DNA of 64,000 nt from Octopus sinensis (lineage: Eukaryota), in assembly GCF_006345805.1 (NCBI RefSeq), contig NC_042998.1:167710001-167774000 (forward strand), read 5' to 3'. Every line of letters starts with the position of its first letter. Within the stretch, counting starts at the first letter, position 1. The notes beneath the pieces were generated by a model, which was not told the origin of the DNA, ran no database searches, and worked only from the letters and a program-made list of their open reading frames with translations. The position numbers and the translations under genes are program-made. Positions 25,496 through 39,057 of this stretch are shown here, piece after piece.

Positions 25496-25621
25496 AAGAC
25501 GAATATGTGTGCATACATATATGTGTATATGGTGTGTTCGTATGTATGCAAACTTAGAACCGCATACACACTCAAAACGACGCACGCGGGCGCACACACA
25601 CATACACCGTTGCGCGCGCGA

Positions 25622-25730
<109 letters not shown>

Positions 25731-28107
25731 CACACACATATATTTGCGTGTGTATGTATGCGTGGATTTAATAAACGTAGTGAATGCATTGATATCGATT
25801 TATCTAAACATAAGCACAATACAATTTTATGTCACAGCTGTTGATTGTACGATTTTGTGGGCGTGCGTAATCTGTTGAAAAGTGTTGGCAGATACTTCCT
25901 GGCATCACCTGGCATCACCTGGCTGCATTACGATATCCAGCCTACAGGCCAGTTCATACATGCGTGTAATTAATATCCTGTTCCTTGTTAGAGAATATTG
26001 CAGCCTTTTAACCTATATTTCAACTCTTATCTAACGGCCTTATGATCAAAGGGATTTCAGTTGTGCGCCTTCTGTTTTTTTTTTTAAAAAAACAATTTGG
26101 GTGTGTTAAGAAACATACTGTTATGTGTTGTTACGTTCTCTGTTTTTTATTTTGTTAATATATTAAGGTGTGATTTGGTATTTCTTGCAGTTCCAAACAA
26201 CTATAGAAGCTCTTGCTTACTGATTCGTTGTTTATTTTCCTTAGTGTCAAAGTAACCTTGATCGAATAAACCAATTAACAAAAGCATTCAGTATCTTCTC
26301 TGCCTATCTCTCTCCCTCTCTTGTTCTTCACCCTTTCTGGTTTTCTCTCCCACCACCCTTCTCTATTCTTCTCTTCTCCCCTTCACCGTTCCCTCTCTTT
26401 TACTCCTCCTCCTCCTCCTCCTCCTCCTCGACTCTCTCATCACTGACACGTGATCAGAGGGTAGCCATCATTCCGACTACTATCTTCACCAAGACCAAAC
26501 CAGCTTGCCTGTCTCTTCATAAGCTGTCTCCTTAAACGTTCAGAATAATCTTTCCATCGTCTTGACTTAACAACCCTCATCGTTTGTTTTTACTGTCTTG
26601 TTCTTGTTACCACTTTCACCCTCCGCAAAAAATCCCAAATTTTATTTAACTTGCTTTGCGGGAAGGATTGCTTCAACGAAGTTGCGTCTTGTCCTTACCT
26701 TCGAAAACGCGGAATAGATAAAACAGGGACAACTGAAGAAGGGGAATTCCTTGTGTTGTATGTCTTGTTTCTCTGTTTTTTCCGTTGTTTAAAAATAAGT
26801 TCGTTTCTATGTTTTTGTTTTCGTTTCTCATTGTGTGCAACGCTTTTTGATGTCCTGTACCCCTATATGCATGTATATATACATATATATGTAGGTATGT
26901 ACATATATGTATGTATATATGCATATATTTATATATTATTTATATTATATATATATATATATATATATAAGATCCAAGGATCGAGGTGTAGGAAGAAAGT
27001 AAGCTTCAAGCAATCCGTAGTAAATCTAAAAAAGCAATTTTCAGGGACAATAGTGGTTTATTGAGACGGAAGGTTCACTATTGTCTTTGAAAGTTATTTT
27101 ATGCTCGAAATGAGGAGTAGATAGACAGCCGACAACTGATGAAGGGTCCTTTCGCAGTGTTTACTTATTCTGTTTTCCATTTTTTCTCGTTGTATACGTA
27201 TCTAACTCGTTTGCTCACCTATTTCATGTTGTTTGCACTGTTGGTGACGTCCTGTACCCATATATGCATGTATATATATATATAGTATGTATATATAGCC
27301 TGTATATATACATAGTATGAGCAATATATATATATATGTGGGCCACTGCATCGAACACTTTGAACATATAGCATGAATGAACTTACTTCAAACTATATAT
27401 CAACTATACATGAACTCTAAGATGTCTGACTCCGTTGTGTATTATAAATGAATTTCTTGTGTTTGACGGCATGAGCTGTCTTTTTATATATAACTTTTTT
27501 TGATTAGGTCATTTCAGGAACTGAAACATGTTATAATGTATATATAAAAATTAAAAATTGTATAATATAGCAGCATTTTCGAACTTCATTTTTTACAATA
27601 TATATATATATTGCTCATACTATGTACCTTTTCCATATTCGTTAACCTCAATTTTCGGCTTCTTATACCGCCAAGCATTAAGAAATTATCATCTTCCTTG
27701 TATTAAATATACGGTAGAGGGCACTAAGTACGTAAGTAGGTGTGAAAATGTATGTATGTGTGTGTGTGTATTATGTATGTATATGAGTATATGTGAGGGT
27801 GTAAGGCCTAGTGGTTATTATGAGATCGTGGTTTCAATTCTTGGGCCGGGTGGTGCGCTGTGTTCTTTAGCAAAACACTTCATCTCACGTCGCTCTAAGA
27901 CCACTTCGACACGTGCCGTATGGTACACCATGCACCTGTTGAGGTGGGGAAGCGCTAATGTACAGCACACAGATTTGATCACTATATATAAACCATTTGT
28001 GCAGGTTGCTCAGTAAGAAATTCAGTCCCACTGCGTGGCACCTTAGGCAAGTGACTTCTGCTATAGCCTCGGGCAAACCAAAACTGAAAGAAACCCGTCG
28101 TATATAT

Positions 28108-28300
28108 ATATAGTTAATCCAAACATGAAAGCACAAAAAACACAACAACGCGAGGACGTGGAACAAATATAGTATTATTGGACGCTCAAGAAAGAAGGAA
28201 AGAAGGAGGGTTTAACGTTTCGAGCGGAGCTCTTCGTCGGAAACATAGGAGGAAAGATCCAGAGAAGGGAAGACAGAAGAAAAAATCGCCAACGGTACAC
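28108..28300 (-). mobile_element. Family E copy 2 (Penelope-like fragment), between a SINE A head fragment (28020-28105, minus) and a SINE A tail (28310-28535, plus)
   Basis: Homology to 12110-12290; the flanking SINE A pieces are recognisable. Confidence 0.6.
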
Positions 28301-28871
28301 ACGTGGTCGTGTGTGTGTATATGCGTGTATATGTTTGTGTGTCTGTGTTTGTCCCCCACTATCGCTTGACAACCGATGTTGGTGTATTTACGTCCCGTAA
28401 CTTAGCGGTTCGGCAAAAGTGAACGATAGAATAAGTACTAGGCTTACAAAAATAATTCCTCTGGTCAATTTTTTCGACTAAAGGCGGTGCTCCAGCATGG
28501 CCGCAGTCAAATGACTGAAACAAATAAAAGAATAATCTAATCTAATAATTTTATTAAGTAATATGCCACAATGTCTCTTGTCACTACTGTAGGACTTAAC
28601 TCTAGAAATTAATCTGCGTTTGAGGAAATAGTTCAGACGATTCTCTTTTATCTTCCAATTGAATTTCGAAAGCGATGTTTCATTTTTCTATGCTGCTTTC
28701 TAAACGCCTGTTTATGATTATTGTATGTATGTATGTATGTATGTATGTATGTATGTATGTATGTATGTATGTATGTATGTATGTATGTATGCATGCAGCA
28801 TACATGCATGTATATATGTTTGTTTATATGTATATATACAGTAAGTATTAGGGTACTAAGAGTGCACTGTA

Positions 28872-28919
<48 letters not shown>

Positions 28920-29054
28920 ATATATATAAATAAAATATTAGGGAATAAATCCAAACTTACAGGGAAACATATTTAGGATTAAATCCAATTTTATAGTATA
29001 AATATATTATATTATATTATAATGTGATTTGCCTAATAGTGGTTTTATCTCTAA

Positions 29055-29090
<36 letters not shown>

Positions 29091-29409
29091 ATATATATAT
29101 ATATATATATGCGTGCGTATGCGTGTGTGAGTGTGTACGCACCATACATATACATACACATATACACACGCATACACATTCATTTGTTGAGTTTCATAGT
29201 TTTATGAATATAGTTAATTATCTGGGTGTGTAAGAGTTTGTACTACAATATCCTTTTACACTATTATTTTACGTTAAATTATAATCTTTATTCGTCTCCC
29301 TATAATGTTTACTTCTATATATTTTTATTACTTATCACAGTGCTTTTACTGCGGTCCGTATTTTTGCTTCCGTTCGAGACCGTGATTGTTTATTATTATT
29401 ATTATTATT

Positions 29410-29805
29410 ATTATACTCTTTTACTTGTTTCAGTCATTCGACTGCGGCCATGCTGGAGCACCGCCTTTAGTCGAGCAAATCGACCCCAGGACTTATTCTT
29501 TGTAAGCCTAGTACTTATTCTATCGGTCTCTTTTGCCGAACCGCTAAGTTACAGGGACGTAAACACACCAGCATCGGTTGTCAAGCGATGTTGGGGGGAC
29601 AAGCACAGACACACAAACATACACACATACACACATATATGTATATATACACATATATACAACGGGCTTCTTTCAGTTTCCGTCGACCAAATCCACTCAC
29701 AAGGCTTTGGCCGGCCCGAGTTCATAGTAAAAGACACTTGCCCATGGTGCTACGCAGTGGGGCTGAACCCGGAACCATGTGGTTCGTAAGCGAGCTACTT
29801 ACTTA
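29410..29805 (-). mobile_element. SINE A near full length
   Basis: Family A tail, internal microsatellite and head up to the A-box region. Confidence 0.9.
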
Positions 29806-29971
29806 TGCATACTTACACTTACACATACATATGCATATATATGCTTATATATATGCATACATTTATATACACGCGTGTACGTGCGTGTGTATATATATAT
29901 ATATACGACGTGTGCCTCCGTGTGTATGCATATATGCATGTAGGCATGCACCTCTCTCTCTCTCTCTCTAG

Positions 29972-30012
<41 letters not shown>

Positions 30013-30192
30013 CTATACACGTACATACACACACATATACAAATAAATGCATGTTCGGCATCAATCTCTTTTACTGTGTCTGTCTGTCCTGTCTGTCCGT
30101 CCCTGTCTCTCTCTTTCTCTATATACACACAAACACAGACAGACGGACACACACACACACTCACACACAATATACATATATATAATATATTA

Positions 30193-30237
<45 letters not shown>

Positions 30238-30317
30238 ATATATATATATATATATACATATATAATATATATATCATATATATATATACATTATATATAT
30301 ATAATATATATATATTA

Positions 30318-30381
<64 letters not shown>

Positions 30382-31635
30382 CTATACATAATATATAATA
30401 TATATATATATAACATATATATATTTGTATTTATGTATGTCTTTATGAATAGTTCTTGTAATATGAATATTTTTGGTTATGATTTAAGTGTACTCATATC
30501 CTGTGACTATTACGAATAATTATGGATGTACGTCTGAGCATGTGTGTATATGCGTGTTCATCTATGTGTATATGTGTATATGTGTTTGTATGTGTGTGTG
30601 TATGTATTTTAACGTGTAATTATTATGTATTTTCTGTGTACTTAGAGTTTTAGAAACTATTCAGATATGTCGATAGGTATATTGCTAAATTTGTGTGTCT
30701 ACCTTTATTAATAATACGCTTATGTCTGGTGCGTCCATGCATTTTTATGCATGTGTACACGTCTATGCGTACTAGTGCGTGTTCATGCGTGCATTTATGC
30801 AGTACTTAGGCAAGTGAAAGAGGGAGAGAGACAGAGGGGCCAGAGAGAGAGTTTGAATATGCATGAGTGAGTGTTCGTGCATGAGAAATGCTTCGCTTTG
30901 TCTGTGCGTTCGCATGCCCGAATGTGTGGATGTCTATATGCACGAGACAAAGAAATGAGCAAAATATAATAAAAATTATATTAATTTAGAGTTAATAGAA
31001 CAGATAAAACAATGTGGGTGATTGGGGTTTAGAAGGGGAAAAGAAAGAGAGAAACATGATAAAATGAGTAATTAAAAATATTAAACAGAGAGCAAATCGT
31101 ACGGTGAAAGGCAGAGTATAATGCTGCGCAGCGGTCGCGATGGAGGTGGGTGGCAAAGGCTGATGCTAGATATCAAACAAAGGAGAACAATAACAAACAA
31201 AAAATAAATAATAAAAATAAATAAAAGAAAGAACTGGGACGAAGATAAAAGATATATGAAAAGGAAGAGGAAGCTAGAGGAATAGGGAAGTATGCAATAG
31301 GGGATGAGAAACAATGAAAGGCAATAACAAAGAGAAGAAGGAAGGGGAGAGAAAGAGTTATGAAGATATAAAGTGATAAGAGATAGGGTTAAAGGAAAAG
31401 GAAAAGGGAGCAAACGGGGGGATGGGAAACAAAAGAGAAAACTAGAGAAAGCAGCTTATCAGAAATTTTGTATTAAAATTAGTTGATTTTATTATTTTGG
31501 TCGCCATCTGCAAGTCAAACACTAATCTTCGTAATATTTTAGTGTTTCTGAGAACAATGCGGTCGTTTACGTTTCAATGTTTCGCGAAAACAAAGCTTTA
31601 ATGCCCATCAGAGCTCTTAAGCTTGGTTTTAAAGG

Positions 31636-31845
31636 CGCAGGAGTGGCTGTGTGGTAAGTAGCTTGTTTACCAACCACATGGTTCCGGGTTCAGTCCCACT
31701 GCGTGGCATCTTGGGCAAGTGTCTTCTACTATAGCCTCGGCCCGAGGCTATAGTAGAAGACACTTGCCCAAGATGCCACGCAGTGGGACTGAACCCGGAA
31801 CCATGTGGTTGGTAAACAAGCTACTTACCACCAGCCACTCCTGCG
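31636..31845. repeat. Near-perfect palindrome made of two SINE A heads
   Basis: CGCAGGAGTGG...TATAGCCTCGG-C-CCGAGGCTATA...CCACTCCTGCG. Confidence 0.95.
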
Positions 31846-32189
31846 AATTTGTTGGCACTGTTAGTTACGAGCAGATCTTCGAAAGGGTATGTTCTATTTT
31901 CAGTGTTTCCAAATCCAAACCAAGGAATTTCTGAGCTGAATGATAGAAGTGTTGTTTTTGACTAATCTTGAAACGTACGTTCTCAACTAACCTTAGCATT
32001 TGATTTTCGATGTCCTTACCCCCAAACTTTTGTGAGTTGAATTAAGCAAACACTATATATGAGAGAGATTTTCTTTAAGTATTAGAAATAGCTTTAAAAA
32101 GTTTTTTAGCTGCTATTTCCTATAATGAGTTCAGTATGCAGCAAAGTAATTTATTTTACTAAGCCCTTTTATATAATATATATATATAT

Positions 32190-33533
32190 ATATATATATG
32201 CGTGTGCGTGTTTGTGTGTCTGTGTTTGTCCCCCTAGCATTGCTTGACAATCGATGCTGGTGTGTTTATGTCCCCGTTACTTAGCGGTTCGGCAAAAGAG
32301 ACCGATAGAATAAGTATTGGGCTTACAAAAGAATAAGTCCCGGGGTCGAGTTGCTCGATTAAAGGCGGTGCTCCAGCATAGCCGCAGTCAAATGACTGAA
32401 ACAAGTAAAAGAGTAAAAGGGTAAAAGAGTATTGATAAAATATTTTTTTCTTTCCTTTTCACTTCTTGTCGGAGCTTTAGTAGTTAAAAAATACAAACCG
32501 AAGCAAACTGTGTTATCAATATTACATAAAAGTTTAAGGCAGAGAGCCGACAATATGCTTCGTGGCATTTCGTCCGTCTTTACGTTCTGAGTTCAAATTT
32601 CGCTGAGGTCAACTTTTATTTGCGACTTTACCTTTCATCCTTTCTGGGTCGATAAAACAAAATACTAGTTGAGCACTGGGGTCAATGAAAGCGACTTAAC
32701 CCCATTGCCCCCGAACTTGCTGATCTTGTGCAAAAATTTGAAATCCATATTTCGCGAAAACAAAGCTTTCATGCCTGTCGGAGCTTTAAGCTTGGTTTAA
32801 AGGTGTTGATAAAAGGAAGGCGGCGAACTGGCAGAAACGTTAGCACGCCGGGTGAAATACTCAGCAGCATTTCGTCTGTCGCTACTTTCTGAGTTCAAAT
32901 TCCACCGAGGTCGACTTTGCCTTTCATCCTTTCGAGGTCGATTAAATAAGTACCAGTTACACACTGGAAGCGATGTAATCGACTTAATCCGTTTGTCTGT
33001 CCTTGTTTGTCCTGTCTGTGTTTAGCCCCTTGTGGGTAGTAAAGAAATAGATATTGATAAGAGGATTTTTTTCTTTCCTTTTCACTACTTGTCGGAGCTT
33101 TAGTAGTTAAAAAAAAACCCCAAAGCAAACGGTGTTATCAATATTACATAAAAGTTAAAGGCAGCGAGCCGACAATATGCTTCGTGGCATTTCGTCCGTC
33201 TTTACGTTCTGAGTTCAAATTTTGCTTATGAGGTTTCATGTTACTTTACTTGAAGACAAACGTAATGGGTTTAGCTAACTGGTATATCTAAATTAAATAG
33301 AAGGCGGCGAGCTGGCAGAAACGTTAGCGCGCCGGGCGAAATGCTTAGCGGTATTTCGTCTGTCGTTACGTTCTGAGTTCAAATTCCGCCGAGGTCGACT
33401 TTGCCGTTCATCCTTTCGGGGTCGATAAATAAAGTACCAGTTACGCACTGGGGACGATTTAATCGACTTAATACCTATGTCTGTCCTTGTTTGTCCCCTC
33501 TATGTTTAGTCCCTTGTGGGTAATAAAGAAATA
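32190..33533 (+). mobile_element. SINE cluster: A tail 32190-32420; B copies 32527-32745, 32817-33050, 33155-33225, 33295-33533
   Basis: Family motifs throughout. The last copy is flanked by the 14-bp TSD GGTATATCTAAATT (33281-33294 and 33534-33547). Confidence 0.88.
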
Positions 33534-33809
33534 GGTATATCTAAATTGATATACCTGGAAATGTCTTCGTTAAAGCAATTCATTTATAGATTACAGATTA
33601 TGCATAATCTATATACTCATTAGGAGTGGGTGTGTGGTTGCTTTCCGAATATGGAGTCTTGGGTTCAGTTCCACAGCGCAGCACCTTGCGCAAGTGTATT
33701 CTATTACGGCCAACCAAATCCTTGTGAATAGTTTTGTACAGTCGTGTATACATACGTGCAAACATACATGCATAAATGTCTGGCTAAGATCTGAATGTAG
33801 TATGTATAT

Positions 33810-33882
<73 letters not shown>

Positions 33883-33894
33883 ATATATAATATA

Positions 33895-33930
<36 letters not shown>

Positions 33931-34212
33931 TGTATGTATGTATGTATATAATTTACAGAAAAATAAAAGCTGAAGGCAGGCGTATAAACAGCAAGTAGGT
34001 GTATTAGTCTGGCCCTCGGGAAAGTGAGAAAGTCTTTTAGGTTTTGAGCCTACGCTCTTCAACAGAAAGGAATATGAGGAAATAAACAGAGAAAAAAAAA
34101 AAAACTTGTGGATTTAACGGTCAATCATGCCGACTGGTTGGATAGGTGAGCTAAGAAGGGGAGAAAATAAAGTACTGGTACTTCCCAACAACATGGCTCC
34201 AGATTATTATAT

Positions 34213-34518
34213 GGTATTCCGTCGCTTACGACAAACGTGTATTCTAGTTGATTCGATTAACAACAGAACAACCTGGCCATGAAATTAACGTGCAAGTAGC
34301 TGAGTACTCCAGAAACACGCATACTCTTAACGTAGTTCTCAGGGAGATTCAGCGTTACACAGAAAATAACCCTTTGAATTGCAGGTACAACTCATTTTTG
34401 CCAGCTCAGTAGACTGGAGCAACGCGAATTAAAGTGTCTTGTTCAAGTGTTACCAGGAATCGGACACATGACCTTAAGGTCGTGAGCCGAATACCCTAAC
34501 CACTAAGCCACGTGACTC

Positions 34519-34562
<44 letters not shown>

Positions 34563-34797
34563 CATGCACACATGCACATGCAGATAGACACACACACATA
34601 TAGATAAATCGATACACAAATATACAAATGTATACAGTGTTCGTCTATCTATCTATCTATCTATCTACTATCTATCTATCTAGAGCAACGTGAAATAAAG
34701 TCTCTTGCCCAAGGATACAACATGTCGCTGGAATTGAACTCACGACTTTACAATCGTGAGCCGAATGCCCTAACCACTAAGCCACGCGCCTTCACGT
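34213..34797 (-). mobile_element. Third tRNA-derived SINE family (D): copy 34213-34518 and head 34682-34797
   Basis: The minus-strand head GCGTGGCTTAGTGGTTAGGGCATTCGGCTCACGA...GAGTTCAATTCC has clear A and B boxes and runs into a non-tRNA body. Confidence 0.75.
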
Positions 34798-35516
34798 ACA
34801 AGGCAAACACACATACAAACACACATACAAAAACACATACAAAACACATATCTGAACTACGCAACACATACACATAAACATTTGATACAAATATTCCCTA
34901 CTATGAGTAAATATAGAAGAGAATTAAGCAAGTATTGTTATTGTTAGAATATTGAAATTTGCTGCAATAATCGAATAGATTTGATAACAGGTGGTCGTAT
35001 GTGTGACAAGCTCTATTGAGCTTGTGGTTATTAGATGTGGCATATGTAGCATCAGTGTTAACTTCAATAGAACTCTATGTTGAATGATCTCCTATGAGAC
35101 TACAATGACCTAGAAGAACCATATGTATTAGAGAGACATCTCACCATATCTATCTGTTAGTCTAATTGTTTATCTATCTATCTATCTATCTTTTTTCTTT
35201 CTCCCCCAAAAGAAAGGCTCTACCTTGTAACTTGTCCCATCTGTGTGCAGCCCTGTGTGGCCAATAAAGAAACTTATCTATCTGTCGCTCTTTATCCGTC
35301 TGCATGTCTGTCTTTCTCCGTCTCTGTCTCTCTCTCTCTCGCACCATATTTACATTGTAATTTTCCATTGTCTTTCGCATTCTCTTCGCACTCCTCTCTC
35401 TCTTTCTTTCACCCTCTCTCTCTCTCTCACATTCACACAGACACACACTTTACATGAAGTCTAGCTAGCATTTATAAACATCATTATTATTATTATTATT
35501 GTTATTATTATTATTA

Positions 35517-35556
<40 letters not shown>

Positions 35557-36847
35557 GAGTGAGAGAATAGTACAATGTGTTGTTAGTGACACTGATGTAT
35601 AAATATACGAAGCCCAGTGTACTCATTATGACTACCCGTCCGATAAGGGTACACCAGGCACATGCATTTAAAATATATGTGCGCAACATGATGATCTCAT
35701 ATCAAGATAAACAGCGCATGACCTCGAAGGTGGCCCAGTTAGAATTTCTTCAGGTCGAGTAGCCCATCCCACTCAAAAGGTCCTTGAATAAGCGTTGTTT
35801 CGGGATGTTGAATGAAACACTCATGCTTCCAGAGGTGAATTATCCAAACCCCAAAGAATCCCTCTCAACACATGACTATCCCGCTTCCCCCCACTATTTC
35901 TGCGCGTGAACAAAGATGCACACATTGTTAGCCACTAAGAGACATGCTTAACTGGTTAAGCTCAAACAACTGACAAGCAAATCTGTGGTATTGCGCAGAA
36001 TATTTGCTGTGGCCCATCCTTTAAACCAAGACAAAATATGTATATGATATACTTCCAATCAGTTAAGATCAGAAGCCATGAGACCAGTGCCTGGTACTGC
36101 ATCAAGGTATAGTATATACCGTGTATACTTAATTTCTTTCTTGCCATTTTTTCAATATTCTATCATTTTATTATAGCTAACCTCCTCATTTGATGTCTGT
36201 CTTTGTATTCTCCCCCAAATCCTTCGCCTTTGTGGCAAACAAATGAAATAATAATAATCATCATCGTCATTATTATTATTATCATTATTACTGAGTGAGA
36301 GAGCAGTGCATACCATTAAAGTGACATTCGGGTAAAATATACGAAGGCCAGTATACTCATCACGACTACCCGTCTGATAAGGGCACACCAGGCACATGCA
36401 TCACAACCATATGTGCGCGACATGGTGATCTCATATCAAGAAAAACTGCACATGACCTTGCAGGTGGGGCCCAGTTAGAATTTTCTTCAGGTTGAGTAGC
36501 CCATCCCGCTCAAAAGGTCCCTGAATAAGGGTTGTTTAAGGATGTTGCACGAAACACCCATCTTTCCAGAGGTGAATTATCCAAACCTCAAAGAATTCCT
36601 CTCAACACATGGCTATGATGCTCCCCGACTACATCTGCTCGTTAACAGAGATGCACATATCGTCAGCCACTAAGGGACATGCTCAACTGGTTAAGGTCAA
36701 ACAACTGACAAGCAAAACTGTTGTATTGAGCCGAATATTTGCTGTAGCCCATCTTTTATACCAAGACAAAACTATGTACATAATGACACTTCCAATCAGT
36801 TAAGATCAGAAACCATGAAGCCACTGCCTGGTACTGCATCAGGGCAT
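35557..36847. mobile_element. Two direct copies of an approximately 555-bp interspersed element (C): 35557-36110 and 36293-36847
   Basis: Colinear copies from GAGTGAGAGA to CTGGTACTGCATC, each preceded by (TTA)n. No convincing ORF. Confidence 0.85.
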
Positions 36848-36852
36848 GAAAT

Positions 36853-36969
36853 GTTTACAGCTCCCAGGTTTCCCAGGCGGTCACCCATCTAAGCACCTAC
36901 TAGGCTCGACGATCCTTAACTTCAGTGATCGGACGAGAACCGGTGCATTTAACATGATATGGACGTAAG
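36853..36969 (-). pseudogene. 5S rRNA-derived sequence (pseudogene or SINE3 head)
   Basis: Reverse complement CTTACGTCCATATCATGTTAAATGCACCGGTTCTCGTCCGATCACTGAAGTTAAG...GATGGGTGACCGCCTGGGAAACCTGGGAGCTGTAAAC is full-length metazoan 5S with many substitutions. It is a single copy, not in an array. Confidence 0.92.
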
Positions 36970-37057
<88 letters not shown>

Positions 37058-37060
37058 TTA

Positions 37061-37925
37061 AGGCGGTGATCTGGCAGAATCGTTAGAGCGCTGGACGAAA
37101 TGCTCAGCAGTATTTCGCCCGTCGCTACGTTCTGAGTTCAAATTCCGCCGAAGTCGACTTCGCCTTTCATCCTTTCGGGGTCGACAAGTTAACTACCAGT
37201 TGCATACTGGGATCGATCTAATCGACTGGTACTCTTCCTCAAAATATCGGGCCCTGTGCCTAGAGTAGGAAAAAATCGTAAGCACTTCGCGCAGGAATGC
37301 TTAGCAGCATTTCGTCCGATTTTAAGTCTTGAGTTTAAATTCCGTCGAGGTAGGCTTTACCTGGTACTTACTCTAGCGATGTATTCGTGGTCAATTGAAT
37401 AAGTACCAGCAGAGCGCTGGTGTGGATCTAATCGACTTAGTCCCCTCCTTCGAAACTGCTAGCGTTGTGCCAAAATTTGGAACCAGTATTAAGTTACTGT
37501 CAAATGTCACCGAGGTCGACTTTGCCTTTCATTCTTTCGGAATGGTTAAAATAAATACCAGTTGAGTACTGGGGCCGATGTAGTCGACTGGCTCTTCTCA
37601 CCGAATTTTAAGCTTTGCGCCTGTAGTAGAAAAAAAGAAAACGTAAAAAGGAGACAGACGAGTGTAATATGAGGACAGGCGGTGGGCTGGCAGAATCGTT
37701 AGCACGCCGGGTGAAATGCTTAGCGGTATTTCGTCTGCCGTTACGTTCTGAGTTCAAATTCCGCTGAGGTCGACTTTGCCTTTCATTCTTTCGGGGTCGA
37801 TAAATTAAGTACCAGTTACGCACTGGAGTCGATCTAATCGACTTAATCCTTTTGTTTGTCCTTGTTTGTCCCCTCTGTGTTTAGCCCCTTGTGGGTAATA
37901 AAGAAATAGGTATTTCGTCTGTCTG
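37061..37925 (+). mobile_element. Four head-to-tail SINE B copies following (TTA)n
   Basis: Repeated GTTCTGAGTTCAAATTCC and GTCGACTTTGCCTTTCAT motifs at about 200-bp spacing. Confidence 0.85.
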
Positions 37926-38102
37926 TTATTGAAAATTTATTGTTGGAGTGTGTTCGTAAAGTAAGTTTCTGTTAATTGTTATATCGTTATATCTCTAGTT
38001 GTGCCTATTTTGGGACTTATTGTTTAAAAATTGTATAATAGTTTTCTTTCGAAAGCTATCTGTGGTTTTCCCCTGTGGAGGAAAACATTAATTGCCGGCA
38101 AG

Positions 38103-38981
38103 ATGCCGAAAAGTGTGTCTTCGCCGGGTGAAGATTCATCGACTGAGCAGGAATTTAATTTTTGATAACATTTCTGATGTTTCGGAAAGTGAATTCCGTG
38201 CGTTACCAAAAGTTACGGGTACCAAAAGAAATAGAGAAGCAAATACCATTCAAAATGAAGAAAGAAAAAGTTTTGCGTCAGCAGCTGGGAGTGGAACGCG
38301 GCAGCTGTCAACTGACAAAAAGGAATTATTAAAATACAGGGAAATGATAACGGTACGAGATGGAGTGGAAAACGTGGAAATACCAGAAGAACAATTAATG
38401 GCAGGAAAAAAAGAAAACTATTATTTTTAAGACATTCTGCTTAAAAACTCGAAAAATTGACAAGATAAGTGAGCAGAAAATCGAAAAATGTTTAAAACCC
38501 ATCTGGCAAGACATTACATACCTAGCCAGAGGGAAGAAGTTTGAAACCATCGAGATGAAGTTCAAGAACGCAGAATCGGTACAACAACACTCTGTAAAAT
38601 CATTGGAGTCGGAAGACGATATTAATCCAAATTTACATGGGAATGAGAACATCTAAGGTTGGAATACCAAGAGCTCCACCCGGAGTAAACCCTATGTGCT
38701 TCATGGCGGTAGTCCTGGCAAACAGGAAGGATAATATAAACCTCCTGCAGGCTACCGTCACGGAGAATACATATTAGACTGGAGAAACGCTCAACCTGCT
38801 ATTGCAGGCAGAGCAGAAAATTTTAGAAATTTCAGCCCCAGAAATAGTAGAAGCATGGGAGAAAGTTCTGAAAACTTTTGTTGAGAGGCGTAAGCCCCGA
38901 TGTTTCTAGTGTGGCCAACTGGGTCACATTAAAAGATATTGTAAAGAAGGTGAAGAAGAATCGGACGGTGATGAGGAAGAA

Positions 38982-39057
<76 letters not shown>

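Noticed and set aside
34682-34797. SINE heads (A, B, D) as tRNA genes
   Set aside because: A and B boxes are present, but there is no complete acceptor stem or cloverleaf and each runs into a repeat body.
36853-36969. Functional 5S rRNA gene
   Set aside because: Single copy, many substitutions relative to the recalled metazoan 5S, and no clean oligo-T terminator.
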